A stretch of DNA of 64,000 bases from Candidatus Hadarchaeum sp. (GCF_038871235.1 NZ_JAVZIN010000004.1:1-64000); one strand, 5' to 3'; positions 10,179 through 20,390 are shown, counted from the first letter of the stretch. Translations and numbers: made by a program. The notes: a model not told the origin generated them from the letters alone.

Positions 10179-11102
10179 GTGAAGGGTAGAGACATAATCT
10201 CTGCGTTTGATTTCACGAGAGAGGACTTTATGCACCTCTTCAATGACGCCAAGATTTGTGAAAGGAAAAAAACTCTCAGAATAGCTGAGGACAAAATGGC
10301 AATAACCGTTTTTTTGGAACCATCGACCAGAACTAGACTCAGCTTCACCGCCGCCATGTTGAAAATAGGCGGCAAGGTCATGGATTTCGGCAGTATTGAG
10401 GCCTCGGCGCTGATGAAAGGGGAAAGCTTTGAGGACACTATAAGGATGATTGATGGATACGATCCCGATGTAATTATCATAAGACATAAGGTCGAGGGAT
10501 CGGCCAAGATGGCTGCCGACATCGCCGAACATCCAGTGATAAACGGCGGAGACGGCATGCATGAACATCCGACTCAAGCACTGACGGATCTTTACACCAT
10601 GTACAAGACTTTTGGCAAAATTGACGGCTTGAGAGTTGGTCTTCTCGGCGATTTAAAACACGGCCGAACCTTGAGCAGTCTTAGCTATGCCCTCTCAATG
10701 TTTAACGGAGTCAAGCTGTATTGCATCGCCCCACCAATCCTTCAGATGAGGCCTGAAGTGGTTGAAAAAGTCAAGGGTAAAATGCCCTGCAAGTTTTATA
10801 ATTCTCTGGAAGAGCTGGATGAAGAGATCGATGTGCTATATGTTACTCGGGTTCAGAAAGAAAGATTTACTGATTTGCAGGAATATGAACGGGTCAAGGG
10901 AAGCTATATAGTAACACCAACACTGCTTTCCAAACTCAAGAAAATCCCGATAGTTATGCATCCACTGCCTAGAGTGAATGAGATAACTACTGATGTGGAT
11001 ACCATGCCCCAAGCGAAGTACTTTGAGCAAGCGACAAATGGCATGTATGTGAGGATGGCTCTTTTAGCTGCCGTGATGGGTCTCAAAATCCCATCCGATT
11101 AG
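10179..11102 (+). CDS. pyrB: Aspartate carbamoyltransferase catalytic subunit
   Basis: EPSTRTRLSF, HPTQAL, DLKHGRT, TRVQKERF, HPLPR motifs. Confidence 0.93.
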   Translation: MKGRDIISAFDFTREDFMHLFNDAKICERKKTLRIAEDKMAITVFLEPSTRTRLSFTAAMLKIGGKVMDFGSIEASALMKGESFEDTIRMIDGYDPDVIIIRHKVEGSAKMAADIAEHPVINGGDGMHEHPTQALTDLYTMYKTFGKIDGLRVGLLGDLKHGRTLSSLSYALSMFNGVKLYCIAPPILQMRPEVVEKVKGKMPCKFYNSLEELDEEIDVLYVTRVQKERFTDLQEYERVKGSYIVTPTLLSKLKKIPIVMHPLPRVNEITTDVDTMPQAKYFEQATNGMYVRMALLAAVMGLKIPSD

Positions 11103-11115
11103 TTCTGGTGTTGTT

Positions 11116-12447
11116 TTGCCCGTCGATTTACTGTTGAACAACGGCACCATTGTTACTCCTCGTGGCGAGTTCAGGGCCGCGATAGCGGTTGATGAGGGGA
11201 AAATAGTTGCGATAGGTTCTGCATCGGCAATGCCTCGAGCGGAAAAAGTTTTGGATCTTAATGGACTCCATGTGCTGCCGGGTTTTGTAGATGCACATGT
11301 CCACATGAGGGAGCCCGGCATGACCTACAAGGAGGATTTCCTGAGCGGGACCAGCGCCGCAGCCGCTGGTGGCGTGACGACGGTATTTGAAATGCCCAAC
11401 ACCCTACCGCTAGTGACTAATGAAAAAGTTTTATTGGAAAAAGCTTCTTTACTTAAGGACAAAGCTTACGTGGATTTTTGCCTTTACGGATTGATCATTG
11501 AGAACAACATACAGGAACTGGCGGGAATGGCTAAGGCAGGGGCCATCGGTTTCAAACTTCTCTTGGCCGAGGTTACCGGCGGTGTCCCTAGGCCGAGCAA
11601 TGGTCTAATTTTTGAGTCCTTTAAAGAGCTGGCCAAGATCGGCCTTCCCGTTTCAGTTCATGCCGAGGACAAGAATATAACTCAATATTACACGGAAAAG
11701 CTGAAGGCAACAACTAAGGAACCAATAGCGCACTGCTTGGCAAGACCACCTATAGCTGAGGAAGAAGGAATTCACTTGCTGGCTTTGTTTGCCGCACAAG
11801 CCGGGAACAAAGTCCACTTAGTCCACACCAGTTGCGGCACACACTTGATAAAAGCGGCTAAGGCTACTGGCGCGAAAATAACGGCCGAAACTTGTCCGCA
11901 GTACTTGGTCTTCAGCGAGGAGGACATGCAAGTTAAAGGTTCGGTTCTGAAGATAAATCCTCCAGTAAGGAACAAGGCCTTGGTTCAAAGACTCATCGAA
12001 GCCGTTAATGATGGAACCATTGATACCATCGGATCCGACCATGCCCCGCATTCGGTTGAGGAAAAAACTAAAGAGAGCATATGGGAGGCCTCTTCAGGCT
12101 GTATCGGTGTCGAGACAATGGTTCCGGTGATGCTCACCTTAGTTAACAGAGGCTTGATTAAGTTCAGCCGGCTCGTGGAATTGGGTGCGGAAAACCCAGC
12201 GAGGATCTTCGGACTTTATCCCAAAAAGGGTGTCATCATGGTGGGCTCCGACGCTGACTTTACAGTAGTCGATATGAAAAGGGAAAAAATAATAAAAGCG
12301 GAAGAACTTCACAGCAAGCAAAAGATCACACCTTTTGATGGCTTCCAAGTTCAAGGGGTCCCGGTTTATACCATTCTCCGGGGGGAAATAGTTGCTGAGC
12401 GAGGAGAGGTTTTGGACGGGCCTAAGGGCAGATTTGTTAGACCTTAG
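11116..12447 (+). CDS. pyrC: Dihydroorotase (cyclic amidohydrolase; allantoinase-like family)
   Basis: DAHVHMREPG, MPNT, KINPPVR, SDHAPH; adjacent to pyrB. Confidence 0.75.
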   Translation: MPVDLLLNNGTIVTPRGEFRAAIAVDEGKIVAIGSASAMPRAEKVLDLNGLHVLPGFVDAHVHMREPGMTYKEDFLSGTSAAAAGGVTTVFEMPNTLPLVTNEKVLLEKASLLKDKAYVDFCLYGLIIENNIQELAGMAKAGAIGFKLLLAEVTGGVPRPSNGLIFESFKELAKIGLPVSVHAEDKNITQYYTEKLKATTKEPIAHCLARPPIAEEEGIHLLALFAAQAGNKVHLVHTSCGTHLIKAAKATGAKITAETCPQYLVFSEEDMQVKGSVLKINPPVRNKALVQRLIEAVNDGTIDTIGSDHAPHSVEEKTKESIWEASSGCIGVETMVPVMLTLVNRGLIKFSRLVELGAENPARIFGLYPKKGVIMVGSDADFTVVDMKREKIIKAEELHSKQKITPFDGFQVQGVPVYTILRGEIVAERGEVLDGPKGRFVRP

Positions 12448-12521
12448 TTGACTTGAAGCGCATTATTCAAATTTAGTTAAGGATATATGCGGGAAACTTT
12501 AATTTCAGTTGAGGTGGATGG

Positions 12522-13820
12522 ATGAAGCCCAAGGAAGCGTATGACCGTACCCTAGAATTGCTGCAAAAGCACCATGAATGGTTCAAGTCGTCGATACCAT
12601 TGATAGCCAGCGAAAATGTCACGAGTCCGGCCGTCAGAGAGGCATTAATTTGTGATTTTCAACACCGCTACGCGGAAGGCTGGCCTGGGGAGCGAGTTTA
12701 CGCTGGTTGCGTCTATATTGATCAGGTTGAAATTATTGCTATGGAGCTGGCTCGAGAACTTTTCAAGGCCGAGCATGCCAATGTCCAACCGGTTTCGGGA
12801 CTTACTGCTAATCTCGCGGCCTTTACAGCTTTGACTGATCCAGGCGATACGATGATGTGCCTTTCTGTTGCGTCAGGAGGGCACATTAGTATGGCAAAGA
12901 AAAAGTTCGGCGGCACCGCGGGTGCGGTTCACGGTTTGGAAATCGAATATCTGCCGCTAGATGAAAAGCGGATGAATATTGATGTTGAAGCTGCCACAAA
13001 GAAGATAGTTGAGGTGAAACCGAAGCTGGTTACTTTTGGTGGTAGCGTTTTTCTTTTCCCCCACCCAGTTAAAGAGCTGAGCAAGGTCGCCAAAGAGTGT
13101 GGCGCGCATGTCATGTACGACGCGGCGCATGTGGCCGGACTGATAGCCGGTGGTCAGTTTCAGGATCCCCTCCGTGAGGGTGCCGAGGTCATGACCTGCA
13201 GCACTCACAAGACGCTCCCCGGACCCCAACACGGAATGATCCTGTGCACCAAAGAGCTGGCGGAATCAATAAACAAAGCAGTTTTTCCAGGAATTGTCAG
13301 CAACCATCACCTGCACTCAGTTGCGGCTTTGGCTGTCGCCTTGGCCGAGATGCTTGAGTTTGGAAGAGAGTACACAGCACAGATAGTAAGAAACGCAAAG
13401 GCGCTGGGGAAGGCGCTGTATGATCAGGGTCTGGCGGTCCTGTGCCCGGAACTGGGGTTCACGCAGTCACACATCTTGGTTGTTGATGTCACAAAGTATG
13501 GTGATGGCGGCACTTTAGAGAAAAAACTTGAGAACGCTAACATAATTCTGAACAGGAACCTGCTGCCGTGGGACCCAAGAGAAGGGCGCCACTACAAGAA
13601 TCCGGGCGGCATCAGACTTGGTACTTCTGAAGTCACAAGGTTGGGGATGAAAGAGGGCGAAATGAAGCAAATAGCTGAGTTTATTAGGAGAATTATCATC
13701 GACAATGAAGACCCACAAGAGGTGGCAAGAGAAGTCGCCGAATTTAGAAAGGAGTTTCAGAAAGTGCACTATTGTTTTGAGTCAGCGACCGAAGCTTATG
13801 AATACATAAAGATAAGATAA
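12522..13820 (+). CDS. glyA: Serine hydroxymethyltransferase (archaeal type)
   Basis: LIASEN, RYAEG, YDAAH, STHKT (PLP lysine), GIRLGT. Confidence 0.95.
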   Translation: MKPKEAYDRTLELLQKHHEWFKSSIPLIASENVTSPAVREALICDFQHRYAEGWPGERVYAGCVYIDQVEIIAMELARELFKAEHANVQPVSGLTANLAAFTALTDPGDTMMCLSVASGGHISMAKKKFGGTAGAVHGLEIEYLPLDEKRMNIDVEAATKKIVEVKPKLVTFGGSVFLFPHPVKELSKVAKECGAHVMYDAAHVAGLIAGGQFQDPLREGAEVMTCSTHKTLPGPQHGMILCTKELAESINKAVFPGIVSNHHLHSVAALAVALAEMLEFGREYTAQIVRNAKALGKALYDQGLAVLCPELGFTQSHILVVDVTKYGDGGTLEKKLENANIILNRNLLPWDPREGRHYKNPGGIRLGTSEVTRLGMKEGEMKQIAEFIRRIIIDNEDPQEVAREVAEFRKEFQKVHYCFESATEAYEYIKIR

Positions 13821-14259
13821 TTGCTCTGTTTTTGTTTTTAAATTTTTAACAGTATTTTCCTTCTTTCCCCACACCTTATTTTCGACTCTTTTCTTGTGTT
13901 TCCACTCCAGCAGGGGAAAGGAATAAGTAGTTTTGGCGGAAATCGAGATTACAAAGGCTGTTTTTCAAATAGACCTGTAAAATCTCAAAAAATAAAAATT
14001 AGATTACTTTCGGCGACCCCTCCCCGCTAATTCCCATAAAAAAGCAGCTGGACCTTTTTATCAGGTGTTATTATGCTCCTGTTCAGCAACGGAGCCGAAA
14101 GAAGCCTCAATCCATTTGAAGTTATATTAACCCCAATTGTGAAAAAAGTTGCACTTAAAATTAGTAAATGGTGTATATTTTTTCCACTAATCTTAAAGTC
14201 TATGTTCAAAATTTTCACCACATCGGCTAAATACAAATCTAGTTATGTAGATTTTCGCT
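13821..14259. other. Candidate replication origin (AT-rich intergenic region)
   Basis: About 440-bp AT-rich gap directly upstream of mcm-gins-cdc6-polD; only degenerate ORB/mini-ORB-like words (GTTTCCACT 13898-13906, TCCATTTGAA 14111-14120, TTGCACTTAAAAT 14149-14161). Confidence 0.4.
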
Positions 14260-16287
14260 GTGCTTGAGGTGATCGTGTTGGAACCTAACTTAAAAGAGAA
14301 GCTCGAAGATTTCCTGCACAGCAAGGAGATACAAAAAGATTTGCGGAAGATAACCGCCGCTGGCAATAAATCCCTAGTGGTGGAGTTCGAAAAAATTTTG
14401 GCATTTGATAAGGCCCTTGCCGAGAACTTACTGGATGCACCGGTTTTATTCTTTGAGGCCGCAGACGAAATACTGGAAAACATAACCAAGATACCTGGGT
14501 TCAGGCTCCGGGTGAAAGGCGCTGACAAGATCATTGAAATTCGCAATATTCGTGCCGAACACGTTAGCAAGTTTATACAGGTTGAAGGCGTGGTTACTCG
14601 TGCGGGGGAAGTGAAGCCTGAGGCGAAAGAGGCCGTTTTCAAGTGCCGAAGATGCGGTGAAGAAAACCGAGTACCACAGTCGGGTGAGATGTTTAGGGAG
14701 CCGCTGTTTTGCGAGAATCCCAACTGTGGAAAGAAAGGTCCCTTTGATTTGTTGATCGAGAATACAGTTTTTCGTGATTGGCAAAGCATACAGCTGCAGG
14801 AACCTCCTGAGAGGTTGCGTGGTGGCAGGATACCGCGCAGGCTCGATTGTATCATCAGGGATGACTTTGTCGACAAGGCGGTGCCCGGAAATCGAGTGCT
14901 AATAACCGGTGCGCTGCGAGTTTTTCAAGAGAGGCAACAGAAAGAGCGGCGGACAACGTTTCGCAAGATACTGTTTGTTAGCCATGTGGAAATAATGCAA
15001 AAAGGTGTTGAGGAGGCTGAACTTACTCCAGAGGATGAAGCCAAGATAAAGGAATTGGCCAAGCAGGATGTCTGGCTGAGGACTAACATAATTCAATCGA
15101 TTGCTCCCGCGGTTCACGGGCACGAGGCAATCAAAGAGGCCATTGCTTTACAACTGTTCGGGTGCAATCCTGTTATTTTATCAGATGGTACTAGGTTGCG
15201 CGGAGACACCCACATTTTACTGACCGGTGATCCGGGTACAGCGAAAAGCCAGCTTCTGAAGTGGGTTGCCAACGTTGCGCCCCGAGGAGTCTACACTTCA
15301 GGCATGAAGAGCACCGGTGCCGGAATAACCGCTGCAGCCGTTCGTGATGAGATTAGTGGTGGTTGGACTTTAGAAGCCGGTGCACTCGTGATTGCCGATG
15401 GCGGTCTGGCTTGCATCGATGAGTTTGAGAAAATGAGGGATGAGGACAGATCCGCCATTTTGGAATCAATGGAGCAGCAAACGATTAGCGTTGCTAAGGC
15501 AGGAATAATCGCCACGTTAAACACCCGTACCGCGGTTTTGGCAGCAGCGAACCCAAAGCTGGGCCGGTTCAGTAAGGAAGAACCAGCATTGAAGCAGCTC
15601 CCAATTGATCCAGTTATACTCTCTAGGTTCGATCTTGTTTTCATATTAAGAGATGAGCCCCGTACAGAGTATGATCGGTCCATAGCCCAACATGTTCTGC
15701 AGCTCTACACCTCGCCAGGAAAGGTTTTGAAGGCCCCGTTTGACCCAGAATTTCTCCGCAAAATAATAATCTATGCGCGCAAAAACATAGAACCTAAGTT
15801 GGATGATAAGGAGGTCCAGAAAGTTATAGAGGACTTTTTTGTTGGTTGGAGAAAATCAGCGGCGGAGTCTGGTGACCCGCTCCCGATAACCGTGAGGCAG
15901 CTTGAATCGATAATCCGCCTTGCCAAGGCCAATGCTAGATTGAGGTTGAGTGATCGGGTAACCGTTGAGGACGCCAACCGCGCGATTTCTCTCATAAAAA
16001 CATCGTTAAGGGAGGCTGGGTTTGACATCGAAAGAGGCAAGGTCGACGTTGATTTAATCATGACAGGAATTCCCCGGTCCCAGCGCGAGAAGCACATGCG
16101 CCTGATGAAAATAATCGAAGAACTCGAGGAAAAATACGGTGGAGCGGCACCCTTGGAGCAGATATTCCAGATGGCCGATTCTGAGAAGATCGATAGGCGT
16201 TTTGTGGACTGGGTCATCTCTGAGGAGAAGAAGAGGGGTCACCTCTACGAGCCAAAACAAGGAATGATCAGTCGGGCGGTGAAGTAA
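14260..16287 (+). CDS. mcm: MCM replicative helicase
   Basis: Zn finger CRRC...CENPNC, Walker A GDPGTAKSQ, IDEFEKM, MEQQTISVAKAG, SRFD Arg finger, C-terminal winged helix; no intein. Confidence 0.97.
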   Translation: MLEVIVLEPNLKEKLEDFLHSKEIQKDLRKITAAGNKSLVVEFEKILAFDKALAENLLDAPVLFFEAADEILENITKIPGFRLRVKGADKIIEIRNIRAEHVSKFIQVEGVVTRAGEVKPEAKEAVFKCRRCGEENRVPQSGEMFREPLFCENPNCGKKGPFDLLIENTVFRDWQSIQLQEPPERLRGGRIPRRLDCIIRDDFVDKAVPGNRVLITGALRVFQERQQKERRTTFRKILFVSHVEIMQKGVEEAELTPEDEAKIKELAKQDVWLRTNIIQSIAPAVHGHEAIKEAIALQLFGCNPVILSDGTRLRGDTHILLTGDPGTAKSQLLKWVANVAPRGVYTSGMKSTGAGITAAAVRDEISGGWTLEAGALVIADGGLACIDEFEKMRDEDRSAILESMEQQTISVAKAGIIATLNTRTAVLAAANPKLGRFSKEEPALKQLPIDPVILSRFDLVFILRDEPRTEYDRSIAQHVLQLYTSPGKVLKAPFDPEFLRKIIIYARKNIEPKLDDKEVQKVIEDFFVGWRKSAAESGDPLPITVRQLESIIRLAKANARLRLSDRVTVEDANRAISLIKTSLREAGFDIERGKVDVDLIMTGIPRSQREKHMRLMKIIEELEEKYGGAAPLEQIFQMADSEKIDRRFVDWVISEEKKRGHLYEPKQGMISRAVK

Positions 16288-16883
16288 TGAAACAGCACGT
16301 TCGAGTCATTAAAGATCTTCCAGAGGTTGAACTGGTTGGGCGAAAACTGGGTCCACTGGCAGTGGGTGACGAAACGGAACTGTGGCTTTGGGATGCTAAT
16401 GTTCTTAGAAGCAGCGGATTTGTTGATTTTCTGCAGCCAATAACAGCAGCTGAAATTAGAAAGCTTGTTTTTGCCGAGGAACGTGGATCAGAACCGCTAT
16501 CGCTTCCAGATAACTTTTATGTTTCAACTGCCAGCAGCTTACTTTCTTTGTTGCGAGGGGGCAGGAAAAAAGAGGCCGATGAAATAATTTCGCAAGTTTT
16601 TCTGTTGCTTGAGGCTAGGTTGCCCAAGTTAGTTAGACTTGCCTTTTCCCCGGAGGTTCCTTTCGGGTTGACTCCCGAGGAGCGTTTGCTGGTCAATGAA
16701 GTTTCCGAGGTTATCGATGATTGGAATAGGAGGCTGAAGAGGTTATTCGAGTTTAGAGAGGAGGTGGGTAAAAATGGTGAGGGAAGGACTGTTCAGTATG
16801 TTGTTGGAGACAAGGCCGATATTCAAAAACAGGGAGTATCTGAGGCCGAGTTACACTCCGGAGGAACTACCGCACCGGGATAG
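16287..16883 (+). CDS. GINS subunit, Gins23-type (beta B-domain first, then helical A-domain)
   Basis: N-terminal VRVIKDLPEV...GPLAVGDETELWLWDA then LPDNFY and LTPEERLL helices; TAATG coupling to mcm. Confidence 0.75.
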   Translation: MKQHVRVIKDLPEVELVGRKLGPLAVGDETELWLWDANVLRSSGFVDFLQPITAAEIRKLVFAEERGSEPLSLPDNFYVSTASSLLSLLRGGRKKEADEIISQVFLLLEARLPKLVRLAFSPEVPFGLTPEERLLVNEVSEVIDDWNRRLKRLFEFREEVGKNGEGRTVQYVVGDKADIQKQGVSEAELHSGGTTAPG

Positions 16884-18030
16884 CCAGATACACCAGCTGG
16901 CTAGAATACTTGCGGCGCCTTTGCGAGGTGAGACTCCTTCCAACATACTTATCTACGGTAAGACAGGTACGGGGAAAACCGCCTGCGTAAAATATGTAAC
17001 TAGGGAGCTTGAGAAGGTCAGCGATCGTTCACCACTCAAAGCGAGGCTGGTTTATATAAACTGTGAGGAGGTGAACACGAAGTATCGAATTCTAGCAACA
17101 CTGGCGAACACATTTCTGGAGAGGCTTAAGGGAAATTTGGGTGAACTGCCAGACAGCGTCCCTATGACTGGTTGGCCCACTGATGAGGTTTATAAATGCT
17201 TTTTCCGAGCGATGGATAGTGAAAAGCAGCTGGGTGTGATAGTTCTTGACGAGATAGACAAGCTGGTGCTCAGGAGCGGCGATGAGGTTCTTTACCATCT
17301 GACGCGAATGAACTCTGACTTGAAAAATTCAAAAGTTTCTATCATCGGCATTTCAAATGATTTGAACTTTTTGAACTATCTCGATCCCAGAGTGAGGAGC
17401 AGCCTCAGCGAAGAGGAGCTAGTTTTTCCACCTTATAACGCAGTTCAACTTAAGGACATCTTGGAGAAGCGGGCCAGAATAAGTTTCGTTGAAGGGGCGA
17501 TTCAGGAAGGTGTCATCTCTCTCTGCGCGGCGCACGCGGCTAGGGAGCACGGTGATGCACGTAGGGCGTTGGATCTTCTCAGGGTTGCCGGAGAATTGGC
17601 GGAAAGAGAGGGTTGCGAGAAGGTTTCCGTGGAACACGTCAGACGCGCTCATGAGAGAATAGAGCAGGATAAGATGGTCGAGGTCATAAGGACATTACCT
17701 ACCCAATCTAAACTGGTTCTTTACAGCATAGTGCTCCTTTCTGAGAGAATGTCTAGCTCCATCATCAGTGGTGAGGTTTATAGCGTTTATCGGGAACTAT
17801 GCGCCCAAGCCGGTCTGGACGTTCTGACGCAGCGCCGTATCGGTGATTTAATTTCGGAGCTAGATATGTTGGGCATCATAAGCGCCAAGATAGTTAACAA
17901 AGGTCGCCAAGGCAGGACTAAGGAGATAAGGTTGAATATTCATCCAACTCAGGCACTGGCAGCTATTCATGACGAACAACTTACGAGCATTGATACTTTG
18001 AAATTGTCGCGTCAGCTCACGCTGGTTTAG
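16774..18030 (+). CDS. cdc6: Orc1/Cdc6 replication initiator
   Basis: LPHR, GKTGTGKT, VLDEID, RVRSSL, GDARRALDLLR, C-terminal wHTH; GAGGTG SD upstream. Confidence 0.96.
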   Translation: MVREGLFSMLLETRPIFKNREYLRPSYTPEELPHRDSQIHQLARILAAPLRGETPSNILIYGKTGTGKTACVKYVTRELEKVSDRSPLKARLVYINCEEVNTKYRILATLANTFLERLKGNLGELPDSVPMTGWPTDEVYKCFFRAMDSEKQLGVIVLDEIDKLVLRSGDEVLYHLTRMNSDLKNSKVSIIGISNDLNFLNYLDPRVRSSLSEEELVFPPYNAVQLKDILEKRARISFVEGAIQEGVISLCAAHAAREHGDARRALDLLRVAGELAEREGCEKVSVEHVRRAHERIEQDKMVEVIRTLPTQSKLVLYSIVLLSERMSSSIISGEVYSVYRELCAQAGLDVLTQRRIGDLISELDMLGIISAKIVNKGRQGRTKEIRLNIHPTQALAAIHDEQLTSIDTLKLSRQLTLV

Positions 18031-18040
18031 GTGATTATGC

Positions 18041-19597
18041 ATGGACGAAGGCGCTCTGGTGCGCAAGTTTATAGAGGCAGAGATGCAGCTAACTCCTGAG
18101 GCACTGGAAAAGCTGCGGAGCAACAAAGATACAGACTTAGATCAGGTGATCTCTGCTTTGAAGGGGCTTGAGAGCAGACCATTTTTGATAACTGGTGAAG
18201 TTATTTCTGAGATTCTTGAAAAACAAACCCGCAAGATGGAAGAGGTCATCCTTCCCCAAGTTTCTCCGCGAACCGAGACTGTGGAGAAAACTAAAATCGC
18301 TGAGAAGAGGGCGCCGGAGCTTTCGTACATAAAGTTCAAACCTCTGGCTGCAGAATACGAACCTAAGGTCAGAATTATAAAAGATGTTACTGGGCAGAGC
18401 TACAGTGAGGGAGAGCTTTCTGATTTTGTAGCACTCTTTCGCGATAGGTACGAGCGCGTCGGTTCGATTTTGAAGAAGAGATTGGATTTGAACGATGCCG
18501 TGCCGATCAGCAGTCTGAGAAATCTCCTGGACAAACAACTGGTGAAAGTGGTGGGTATGGTGAGGGAAAAGCGGGAATCATCGGCAGGTAATATTGTGCT
18601 TGAGCTCGAAGACCTTAGCGGATCGGTGTTGGCATTTGTCTTCAACAGCAACAAAGAACTGGTTAAAAAGGCTGTTGAGGTGAACACTGATGAGGTAATT
18701 GGAGTTATCGCCTCCTTGAAAACCGACAGCAGGTCGCAGAGACTTTTCGTGAAGGACATTATCTGGCCGGATATACCAATAAGACGCGAGCCCCATCGAG
18801 CCGAGGAGCCACTCTGCGCCGCCCTGCTATCGGACTTGCACGTCGGGAGCACGCAGTTTTTTGAGGACTTGTTTTTGAAGTTTGTCAAATGGCTGCGAGG
18901 AGAGTCAGACGATCCCAATGCTGAGCTTGCTGGAGCAGTCAAGTACTTGGTGATTGCTGGAGATATTGTGGATGGGATAGGAGTCTACCCGCGCCAAGAA
19001 GAAGAGCTTCTGATAAATGATATCTTCAAACAGTATGATTTTGCAGCCAAGCTTTTAGCCCAGATACCGGACTACATTACCATCATAATATCTCCGGGCA
19101 ACCATGATGCTGTTCGGCCTTCGGAGCCCCAACCGGCAATTCACAAGGATGTCGCCAGCGGTTTGTATAATCTAAACTCCGTCATGGTTGGAAATCCCGT
19201 TCGTCTTTCGCTTCACGGGGTGGAGTTTCTTGTCTACCACGGCAGAAGCTTTGATGATGTTATATCAAGCATTCCAGGACTCAATCGCGAGGAAGCCACC
19301 CCTCCGATGATAAAGCTCCTGAGAAAAAGACATCTGGCTCCAATATACGGTGGCCGCACGGCTATCTCGCCCGAAAAAAAGGACTATCTCGTAATTGATG
19401 AGGTGCCAGATGTTTTTCACTGCGGCCATCTTCATGTCTTCGGTTACGATCGATATCGTGATGTTTCGGTTATCAATTCTGGCACTTTCCAAGGCATGAC
19501 CAGTTTCATGAGGCAGCTCGGGGTTAGGCCAACTCCAGGAATTGTACCAATAATAAATCTACAGACCCATGAGACGGTGGTGAAAAAGTTTGCCTGA
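18041..19597 (+). CDS. polB: DNA polymerase D small subunit DP1 (exonuclease)
   Basis: OB fold plus calcineurin-like motifs SDLHVGS, GDIVDG, PGNHD, YHG, HLAP, GHLH. Confidence 0.95.
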   Translation: MDEGALVRKFIEAEMQLTPEALEKLRSNKDTDLDQVISALKGLESRPFLITGEVISEILEKQTRKMEEVILPQVSPRTETVEKTKIAEKRAPELSYIKFKPLAAEYEPKVRIIKDVTGQSYSEGELSDFVALFRDRYERVGSILKKRLDLNDAVPISSLRNLLDKQLVKVVGMVREKRESSAGNIVLELEDLSGSVLAFVFNSNKELVKKAVEVNTDEVIGVIASLKTDSRSQRLFVKDIIWPDIPIRREPHRAEEPLCAALLSDLHVGSTQFFEDLFLKFVKWLRGESDDPNAELAGAVKYLVIAGDIVDGIGVYPRQEEELLINDIFKQYDFAAKLLAQIPDYITIIISPGNHDAVRPSEPQPAIHKDVASGLYNLNSVMVGNPVRLSLHGVEFLVYHGRSFDDVISSIPGLNREEATPPMIKLLRKRHLAPIYGGRTAISPEKKDYLVIDEVPDVFHCGHLHVFGYDRYRDVSVINSGTFQGMTSFMRQLGVRPTPGIVPIINLQTHETVVKKFA

Positions 19598-20390
19598 GCT
19601 TGAAAGGATTCTTCAAAAGATAACCTTAGTGATTTTAGACATGGACGGTGTCATCTACCGCGGCAACAGGCCGATTGAAGGAGCGGCCAGAGCGGTGGCC
19701 TTTCTTCGTGGCTTAGGAAAAAAGGTTGTCTTCTTGACGAACAATTCTGAGAATTCTCGTGCCTATTACGTGCAAAAGCTCAGGCGCATGGAGATACCGG
19801 TGGGTGAAAAAGATGTGATTACATCTGGCCAAATTGCGGCTGATTACATTAGAAGACGTGATCCTCAGGCTAAAGTTTTCGTGATTGGTGGAGAGGGGTT
19901 GGTTGAGGAAATAAGCAGCGCCGGTCTGAGATTGGTGCCCCCGGAAAAGGCAGCTTACCTCGTCGTCGGTATCGATCAGTCGCTGACTTATGAAAAGCTC
20001 AAAGATGGTCTTCGAGCACTTTTATCTGGAGCCAAGTTTATAGCCACTAACCTAGATCGCGTTTACCCTACAGAGCATGGATTTTTACCCGGAGCGGGAG
20101 CGATTGTTGCCGCTTTGGAAAGAAGCTCTGGAAGAAGGCCGGACGTGGTAATTGGCAAGCCGTCGCCACATATGATTTTGTACGTTTTAAGGAGTCTCAG
20201 GACCAAGCCCGGTGAAACCGTCATTATCGGCGACCAGATTGAAACCGACATCAAAGCAGGTAAGAGGACGGGCCTGTTCACGATATTGGTGCTCTCCGGC
20301 GTTGCCACTGAAGAGGACGTCAGAAAAATAAAAGGAACCAAAAACGCTCCGGATTGTGTTTTGGGCAGTTTGGCGGAGGTAGTTCGGTGA
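19590..20390 (+). CDS. HAD-IIA (NagD-like) phosphatase
   Basis: DMDGVIY, LTNNS, ATNLD, GKP, IGDQIETDI. Confidence 0.92.
   Translation: MPELERILQKITLVILDMDGVIYRGNRPIEGAARAVAFLRGLGKKVVFLTNNSENSRAYYVQKLRRMEIPVGEKDVITSGQIAADYIRRRDPQAKVFVIGGEGLVEEISSAGLRLVPPEKAAYLVVGIDQSLTYEKLKDGLRALLSGAKFIATNLDRVYPTEHGFLPGAGAIVAALERSSGRRPDVVIGKPSPHMILYVLRSLRTKPGETVIIGDQIETDIKAGKRTGLFTILVLSGVATEEDVRKIKGTKNAPDCVLGSLAEVVR

Noticed and set aside
14010-14020. 11-bp match (TCGGCGACCCC) to the tRNA-Pro 3' end at 54877-54887 as a possible att site
   Set aside because: Short enough to be chance; the interval holds core genes and no integrase.
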